DNA of 64,000 bases, taken from contig CM000152.2 in the NCBI GenBank assembly GCA_000004695.1, positions 480,001 through 544,000 of the forward strand. Direction: 5' to 3'. Below, piece by piece: positions 55,599-64,000 of the stretch. How positions within the stretch are numbered: the stretch's first letter is position 1; each line of letters starts with the position of its first letter. The position numbers and the translations under genes are program-made. Origin of the DNA: Dictyostelium discoideum (lineage: Eukaryota). Below the pieces are notes generated by a model, which made no database searches, was not told where the DNA came from, and saw only the letters and a program-made list of their open reading frames with translations.

Positions 55599-58500
55599 TT
55601 ATTCATCACCAACATGAATTAATTGATCAATACCCAATTTCATATGATTTAATTCACGATATCTTTGTTCACAAGTTTTTTCTAAAAGATCCTTTTTAGT
55701 GATAATACCTTTGAGTTTGTTATTTTCATTTACAACAGGCATATGACGTAAACCCATTGTTCTGAATAATTGAAAAGCTTCACTAACTGCAAATTCAACG
55801 TTAACGGTGATTACAGTTAAATTCATAACATCGGAAAGATCAATCTCTTGAGAGTAATCAGCTGGATCGAAATTGAAATCATTGACCGATGGTAATTTCC
55901 AGGTTAATTTGGTGGTATATTCAATGTGAGAATAGATTGCTTCAGAGTTTGGAATGTAAACATCAGAGATACGTTCTAAAATCATTAATAATTGAGTACG
56001 TAAAATGAGACCTTTGACCAACTTCTCCTCGTCATTGTTGACCACTGGGAAACCATTGTGACGAGTTTCTTTCAAGACACGAAGATATTGCCCAAGGTGT
56101 CTTTCTCTGCCAAATAGACTGGTTTCTTTGCCATGATATGTTTACACATCATCAATTTCATCTCTTTGGATTGATCTAGTTCGAGGTATGGAATGTATTT
56201 CATTTGCATCAAAAGATCAAACAATGGATGAATGAGAGCATCGGCAACCCATTTGGCAGTCATAACTGTCAACATCAATGGTAAGAGATATTTTAGACGA
56301 TCTGTGATCTCAATGAGAATAACAGTTAAACTAATGGTAAGACGAGATACACCACCCATGAAGGCAGCTGCACCCATCACTGCGTAAATACCAGGATCAA
56401 TGCTGACCTTGTCACCCAAAATATGGTAAACCACCAAACCTACGAAACGACCATACGACGCACCAATAACAAGCATCGGTACAAGGGTACCCGTTGCAAC
56501 AGCGCAACCAGCAGTATAGGCAGCGAAAAACAAATAGAAAATACAAAACAAAAACATTGGCCACAAACCCAACCGTTCAGTATTGGTAACATTATTTGAA
56601 TTGACCTTTAGTAAATTGGTGATTGACTCCTCATAGGATGCGAAAATAAGTGTTGCCATTGGATTATACCAACCCTCCTTACAATTGAATCTCTTGAATT
56701 CACTCAACTCTTTAAGAGTCTCTGCTGGATCATATGAAACACCCGTACCATTGGTGATTGTACTATTATAGATTGAACTATTATAGAATTTACTATTATA
56801 GATTGTACCATTGGCGATTGTACTATTGTAGAATGTACCATTGATGATGGTACTATTATAGAATGCACCATTGGTTAATGTAACATCGGTGAGTGTACTA
56901 TTACCGACAGAAGGGATGAATGGTGCAGTATTTTGACAAGAGAAAAACAATGGTAAAAAGAATTGAATGCAAGTTGAGAGACCAATGATTAAAAACACCT
57001 CCAACACACGTAAACTCTTGATTTTATTGATTTTCTCACGACGAAACTCTGTAACCTTTACATTGATCCATGTGAAGAGGGCCCCACCCAAACCACCCAA
57101 AACACCAATCAAAAGGAATGGAATGATCTCGAACCAATTGTAAGACTCCTTATCACCAATACCAGTGTTGAAAATGATTAAACCTGTTAAACTACCCGAA
57201 TTGGATTGAAGTACGTTCATAGTGTAAGTGGCGACCATGCAACAAAAGAAAGCTCTCCAAGTGAGTGCAATCGACCAAAACGACGACACCTCCTCCAAAC
57301 TAAACAATGTGCCACCCAATGGGGCAGAGAAGGCTGCTGCAACACCTGCACCTGCACCACTGGTAACAAAGTCTCTCTTATCCTTATCATTTCTAAATGA
57401 TCTTAGGAATGGAATTTTAAAACCAAACTCTTTGCTCTGTGCTTGTGAAAAACCGTTACCAACAATAGCACCAATATGAATCATTGGACCCTCTGAACCA
57501 GCTTGTAAACCACTACTAACTGCCAAAACCATTGATAAAAATTTAGTCCACAATGTCTTCATCTTCAATGTATGTGGTATCTTTGTTCCATTCAAATATC
57601 CCTTCACCTCTGGTATACCCGATCCTGCTGCTGTTGGTTCATAATAAACTGCCAACAATGATGAACAAGTTGCCAATAATGTATTTAATAAAAAGTATGT
57701 TAAAAATGCTAAAAATAAATCCAATTCCAAAACTAAAAAAAAATAAAAAATATTAATATTAATATTTACATATTATTTATTATTATTATTATTTATTATT
57801 AAGTTAAATTTACTTACCTGCTTCAACAAATTTAAATTTATATTTTGTAATATTTGAAACACAAGCATGTGAGAAATATGCGATTACACCAATAAAGATA
57901 CCCATAAATAATGAAACTATCCAACGTAAAACTTCGTGATCAGAGGCTAATTTTGAAAAGTTTTTATACAACTCATTACGATGGGCTTTGTTGTAGATGG
58001 TGACGTAATCTAGACATTCATACTTTTGAATTTGTAATTTATCTTTGAACCAAACTGCACGCTCTGCTACCTCGTGTTGTTCAGCCCTACGATGATGCTG
58101 CTCACGAATATTGTCTACTGGTTTCATTGTGGTTTGGGCAATGGTCTTCCAACCCTCTTCAATGGCCTTATTGGAATGCTTCACACGTGTCTCTATCTTT
58201 TTATTGGACTCGCCAATCTTTTGTTTAATCTTTTTATTTGTCTTTCCAAAAGTTTTACTCACTTTAGCTCCAAATGAATCACCCTCCCTAATATCGTCAC
58301 TTGACCCATACAAATTCTTTGGTCTATATGTTGAATGATCTCTAACAATTGGTTGTAATATTATACCATCCTCAGTCTCCTCCTCCTCTCCCTCTTCATT
58401 CTCAATGTATGCTCTTCTTTCTTCATCATCACCATCATCATCATATGATTCTGTTAATCTTTCTTCTTCTTGAATTCTAACTTTTTTTTTACTCTTTTTT

Positions 58501-58688
58501 TTTTCTGATACGCTTGAATTATTATTATTATTGTTATTATTATTATTGTTGTTGTTGTTGTTGTTGTTATTATTATTATCATCACCATCTCTTGCTAAAG
58601 ATTCGCTTGGACTATATAATTCATCTATTGATGGACTTTTATTACCATCATTCGGGTTCCCATTATCAAATGGATTCCCGCTTGACAT
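55599..58688 (-). CDS. CLC-family chloride channel/transporter with C-terminal CBS pair; 2 exons plus an apparent frameshift between the TM and CBS regions
   Basis: complement join(57818..58688,56075..57732,55599..56075) with a frame break. Exon 1 holds the N-terminal cytosolic region and helix B (ECLDY...VLRWIVSLFMGIFIGVIAYF); donor GCA G|GTAAGT, acceptor TTTTAG|TT. Exon 2 holds GSGIPE, GxEGP (SEGPMIHIG), GGxLFxxEE (GGTLFSLEE) and G(A)AA(F)MGG. The ORF ending ...DTLGNIFVS* (56072) and the ORF starting LKETRHNGFPVV (56075) are in different frames; the junction AATATCTTC-GT-GTCTTGAAA would read ...NIFVLKETRHNGFPVV if the GT dinucleotide were absent. Confidence 0.65.
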
Positions 58689-59319
58689 ATTTAAGATATC
58701 GTTTTTTGACTAATATTACAAAAATAATAATATATAAATATAAATTATATATATATATTTTTTAAAAAATATAAAAATAAAAATTTTAAAAAAATAAAAA
58801 AATAAAAAAAAAAAAAATAAAAAAAATGCCCAATGTGTGTAGGAAAAAAAAAAAAATTGAAAAAAAAAAAAAAAAATTTAAAAAAAAATTTTTTTGATAA
58901 CTTTTGGTTATGGTGGTGCAACCGAGGGAAAAAATCGGTTAAAATATTGTGATATTTTCAAAGTTTTTGATAAGGTACTAACCAGACTCATAAGGTATTT
59001 TTTATTTATTTTTTTTTTATTTTTTTTTTTATTTTTTATAATTAATTAAATTTTATTTTTTATTTTTTATTTTTTTTTTTTGTTTTTTAAAAGGTTTGTG
59101 ATCATAATTCTAAAACAATATCACTAGCCTGGCTTATCCACTTTTTTTTTTTTGTTTATTTTTTTTTTTCGATTAGTTTTTTCATTTTTTTATTTTTTTA
59201 TTTTTTTATTTTTTTTTATATTTTTTTTTTATAACAAATTTTTCCGTATAATATTATGATTATTGCTTAAAACATCCATTACTTATTTTTTTATTTTTCA
59301 ATAAAATGAATTAGAATAG

Positions 59320-59353
<34 letters not shown>

Positions 59354-59709
59354 ATAATAAAATTTCTTAATTAAGTAATTTGTCAAATATTTTCACCAAA
59401 AAATATATATTTAAAAAAAAAAAAAAAAAAAAAAGGTAATGATCATTTACAAATATTTTAATTGAAAGGATTATAGCCCAAACTAAAATTGTCTTTGGTG
59501 ATGTTAATTTATTTATTATTATTATTTTTTTTTTGAGTTGTTTCTATTTTTATATTGATTATTATTTTTTTTTTTTAAACCTAAAAAAAATCCTCAAATA
59601 TGATTGTTTAAAATCCAAAATAATACTTCAATTTTTTTTTTAAATAAAAAAAACTAAAGAATTTCAAAAAATAATCAATTTTAAATCTAAACAAATAAAA
59701 ATCCATATG

Positions 59710-59763
<54 letters not shown>

Positions 59764-59873
59764 GAATTTTTATTCGTTATTTTTTTTTATTTTTTATTTT
59801 TTTTTTTGTTTGAATTTTTCACAATTTTTTTTATTTGTTTATATTTTTTGGTGTAAATATTTGATTTTAAAAA

Positions 59874-61072
59874 ATGCAAGAAATTATTAAATGTAGAGAA
59901 CAATTAGAAAAAGCAATAAAAGATGGAGAGTTTGATAAAGCTCTTGAATGTTTAAAAAATGCAAAAAATTTTAAAATTACAAAAGATCTTTTAAAGGTAA
60001 TAATATATTTTTTTTTTATTTAATTACTATTATTTATTTAATTCCTTATTTTAATATTTAAAATTTATAGAGTACAGATATTGGAAAATCAGTAGGTAAA
60101 CTTAGAGCACATAAGGATATTGGCATTTCAAGTCAAAGTAAAGAATTAATTGATAAATGGAAGCAAGATATAGAAGGTACATCAGCAACAACAACATCAT
60201 CATCATCATCATCATCTTCATCAACTACAAGCACAACTACAACAAAAACAGCATCACCAAGTGAGTCATTAAAAAGAAAATCAATATCTGAAGATACATC
60301 AGATAGACCTACTTCAAAACCTCTTTTACAAGAAAATAAAAAGATTTCACCACCAACTACACCAAAAACATCATCACCACCAATTGCGTCATTAATTGCA
60401 CCAATCACAGGTGCAAACGCAGATCTTAGAAATAAAACAATTCAATTATTTGTCGAAGCTTTGACAACTGATAATGATGAAACAATGTCACCACCAGAGG
60501 ATATAGCGGTTGAAATCGAAGCAGAAATGTATGACATCTATAGAGGTGTCTCTAAAGAATATAAAGAAAAACTTAGATCTTTTAAATTCAATCTTAAAAA
60601 GAATGATATATTAAGATTATCTTTATTGAATAGACAAATTTCAGTTGCAAAATTTTGTTCAATGGATATTTATGTAAATATTTTATTATTATTATTATTA
60701 TTATTGTTTGGTTTTTTTTTTTTTACTAATTCATTTTTTCATATTAATAATTATAGTCAATGGCAAGTGATGATTTAAAAGAGGAAAGAAAGAAATTAGA
60801 TAAATTTAATACAGAAGCTTCAATGCTTGGTCAAAATAATGAAGCAACTACCGATCAATTTCAATGTGGTAAATGTAAACAAAGAAAATGCACATATACT
60901 CAATTACAAACTCGTTCAGCAGATGAACCTCCAACTACTTTGTATGTATTCATTAATATCAGGATTTTGTATAGTTAAATTATTTTTCGAGTATACTAAT
61001 AATTTTATTTTATATTTATATAGTGTTAAATGTTGTGTAAAGGGTTGTGGTAATCGTTGGCGTTTTTGTTAA
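59874..61072 (+). CDS. Transcription elongation factor TFIIS (TCEA), 4 exons, ~319 aa
   Basis: join(59874..59996,60071..60673,60757..60941,61024..61072). Donors AAG|GTAATA, TAT|GTAAAT and TT|GTATGT; acceptors TTATAG|AG, TTATAG|TC and TATATAG|TG. N-terminal domain I (...DLLK|STDIGKSVGKLRAHKD), central domain II, and C-terminal Zn ribbon [41 protein letters not shown] (RSADEP is the catalytic acidic loop). Confidence 0.7.
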
Positions 61073-61186
61073 ATATATAATCAAGATTTTTTTTTTCTTT
61101 TTTTTTTTTTTTTTTTTTTTTTACTTTAGTTTTTTAATTTTATTTTTTATTTTTTTTTTTCCTTCAAATATATAATTTTAATTTTA

Positions 61187-61254
<68 letters not shown>

Positions 61255-61491
61255 TAATATAAAAAAACACTGGAAATACCAACTTTCGATTTTTAGTATA
61301 TTTCTTTTTTAAAACTATAATTAAAGAAAGAATTAAAAAAAAAAAAAAAAAAATTTATAAATAAATAAAAAAAATAAAAAATAAAAAAAAAAGGTGTACA
61401 ATATATATATATATATATATATATTTTTAATTTATATTTTTTTATTTTTATTTTTTTAAATAAATAATTTAAATATTATTTTTTATTTTTT

Positions 61492-63946
61492 TTATAAAGT
61501 TGAAGAAGGTAAAGTATAAGATAAATTTGTATAGAAACCATCTTGATTTGGAGAAACATTTGGATTTGTAGCATTGATATGGTAAATGTATTCCCAATAA
61601 ACGTCATCAATTTTAGCACCACCTCTATTGAAAGATTCAGCTGGAGAACCTGTTAAAACTGGGTTAACAATTTTAACGAATAAATGAGTTTGATCGAAAT
61701 AGTATTTGGTTCCATTACTACTTCTAACTTCAGCAGCAGATGAAGCAAGAGTACAATTGAAACCATAAGCATTTTGCCAAGCCCATTTATTTTCAGTTGA
61801 AATGGTGAATGTTGTACCTGGTGGATATGGAATTGCCAAAAAGATATATTGTTGATAGGCGACTTGGGCAGCCCAAACTTGTAAATAGGTTGGTGAACCA
61901 CCATCTAACCATAACATCCAGCCTGTGCTAGTGATACCAGTGATACCGGCATTACGGGTGATTGCTGTCTTTCTAACATCAGTGATACCATCACCGAATA
62001 AACTAACACTACCAACGAATGAATCACCTTCGTTTTGTTCACCACGAATAATTAAATTTGGTACCCAAAATTCGATATTACCAACGGATTTGCTACCTTT
62101 TTGACATACCCAAATGGTCCAGTCATTGTTGTATGTGCATTTACTATCGTCGTAGGACCACCATTTTTCATGTGAACCAACGATAGTTGGAACATGTGTA
62201 CCAACTAATGAACCATCCCAATCGATGAAATTAAAGAATCTAGATGATCCTGAATCTGGAACGATCTTATGACCAATGATTTGTGCTGGTAAAATATTTT
62301 CAAGGGTGATATTAATCGTTGATGAAATGAATTGTGGTTTATAAAGATCACTGAATGTCAAGGCGATAATTACAACATTATCATCATCTGGATAAACAGA
62401 AGTTGGATTTTGAATGAAATTTCTAAATGTAATATGAGAGAGGATAGTTGTAACGTAGGTATCATAAAATTGGAATCCTTGTCTATTGTATGATTGTGAT
62501 TTACTAAGAATATTGCCGGTTTAACCATCAACAATTGCATTTGATAACCATGCTGCACCAAATAATGATGCTGGTCTCATTGAATCATATGCTTCTAATC
62601 CAACAACTTCAACACGATCACCCCAATGTCCTAAACCAAGATTACTTAAATATACTTTAGTATTATTAAATCTCATCCATAGGTATGTACTTGAATCATA
62701 TGAAAAAATACCATCTTTACATGTTGGTCTTGAATGTCTACCTGTATTATAAACTAATAATCCAGTTACTTCATCAGTTATTAATCTTTTTTTTTTTTTT
62801 TTTTTTTTTTTCAAAAAATAAATATTTTTAAAAGTATTAATAATAATTTCATTTATAAAATTTTAAACTATATATATAATTAAAAATTTAGATCTTACTT
62901 TCCACCAACGTAAATTGATGAACCAGAAATCCATTGATAGCCACTTGAATGTGCTGTATTACCTTCAAATACTTTAGTTGTAAATGCTTGTGGTTCCATT
63001 TCAACATTTTTATGATTTCCAATTGGTTTTTCAAGATTTGGGAAACTAAAACCTGCCCAACCACCAGATGCAGAGTTACCAATAATTGTATTATATGCAT
63101 TGGTGATATAGAATCCACTAATAAATAAAAAAATAAAATAAAAAAAACAAATAATTGTTATTAATAGTTTTTTTTAAAAAAAAATAATAATAAATAATTA
63201 AAACTTACCCAGCTGCTGAATCTGCTGGTTGAGTAAGATTTTCATTTTCATAATAAGTTTCACCAGTTTGTGCACCACCTGCTGCTGGTTCACCAATTGT
63301 GTGAACAAATGCAGCTAAATTGTAAGATAAAGTATTATCCATTTCAACACCATCCTCTAAATAATAACAATGTCCATTAACATCAAAAGCAACATTTCTA
63401 GTTAACGTTAAATTATTTGTACCGTGAATAGTATAACAACGATAATAGCTTTTAGTTACAACACAATCAGAGATATAAGATTTTTGGACAACATTTGCTA
63501 AATGGAAGTGAAGTGGATATCTTGCTTTAACATTTCTTTGACCCATCTTTTTCAATTGAATACCTGCAAACTATTATTTAAAATTTTAAAAAATTAGAAT
63601 AAATAATTTTAAAAAAAAAAAAAAAAATAATTTAAATATTTACTTGTCCTTCACCAGATACTAAAACATGACCACCAAATGAATCTTGATCAGATTCATC
63701 ATTACCTTGGAAAATAATTCTTCTTGATAATAAAGCAACTTCAGCTTGATATTCTTTGCCACCATAATGATAAAATTTAATTGGGGTAGTAAATTCAATA
63801 GCTTTTCCTAATATTGATTTAATTGTTAATACTTCATTTTGATTATCTATTTCATCTTTAAATTGACTTGTTGTTATTAAAACTTGTTGGCCAACTTCCC
63901 AATTAATATTATCTTGAACATAAATAATTCTATCACCTAAATTCAT
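61492..63946 (-). CDS. G8-domain / right-handed beta-helix (CEMIP/TMEM2-like) secreted protein; 5' end probably outside window; multi-exon; contains an in-frame TAA
   Basis: complement join(63644..63946,63208..63570,62899..63117,61492..62785). Donors CAA|GTAAAT, GG|GTAAGT and AA|GTAAGA. G8 signature ...YQAEVALLSRRIIFQG...GGHVLV then GQRNVKARYPLHFH. An in-frame stop sits at plus 62521-62523 (GAT GGT TAA ACC GGC) inside otherwise continuous homology. No signal peptide at the first in-window Met, so upstream exon(s) are likely beyond 64000. Confidence 0.5.
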
Positions 63947-64000
63947 AATTTTTTTTTTTTTTGATTAAAGAATTTTAATATCTATATATATATATATATT

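Noticed and set aside
57206-57756. Three plus-strand ORFs inside the CLC gene
   Set aside because: Antisense to a well-supported CLC transmembrane coding region with conserved GSGIPE/GxEGP motifs.

Overview
The window is eukaryotic nuclear DNA with the hallmarks of Dictyostelium discoideum, not a prokaryotic locus. It is roughly 78-80% A+T, with near-pure A/T intergenic deserts, long AAT/CAA/GTT codon runs giving poly-Asn/Gln/Thr tracts, short AT-rich introns (GTAAGT...AG, 70-140 nt), and AAAATG start contexts. No CRISPR arrays, operons or prokaryotic defence systems are present, and the many ORF-track hits made of poly-I/V/L/K/F are translation artefacts of simple repeats. The exon models below were derived by linking ORF-track pieces across canonical splice sites with frame bookkeeping. 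All splice coordinates are hand-derived and should be treated as approximate (+/- a few nt). I can support about 23 protein-coding genes: two tandem cAMP-receptor (cAR-family) genes whose predicted lengths (443 and 490 aa) fit cAR4/carD and cAR3/carC; a hybrid histidine kinase whose two-exon model is 1969 aa, as I recall for DhkB; two LUSTR/GPR107-like 7TM paralogs; a ~1900-aa Cys-rich 7TM receptor-like protein; a 3xWWE+macro ADP-ribose-reader protein; a tandem-CH/coiled-coil cortexillin-like protein; a DNAJC17-like J protein; an F-box/LRR protein; two Ras-superfamily GTPases; a DHHC palmitoyltransferase; a CLC channel with an apparent frameshift; TFIIS; a G8/beta-helix protein with an in-frame stop; and an 80-aa homeodomain-only gene that the ORF track misses. 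Non-coding and mobile content: an intron-containing tRNA-Tyr(GUA) with a downstream ex-B box; a 5'-truncated, frameshifted TRE3-type non-LTR retrotransposon immediately downstream of it; a ~1.06-kb DIRS-1-derived miniature element with 173-bp near-perfect inverted terminal repeats that carry heat-shock elements and enclose a tyrosine-recombinase C-terminal ORF; a ~350-bp segmental duplication forming the 3' ends of two genes; and several unusually complex, ORF-free islands that could be ncRNA genes.
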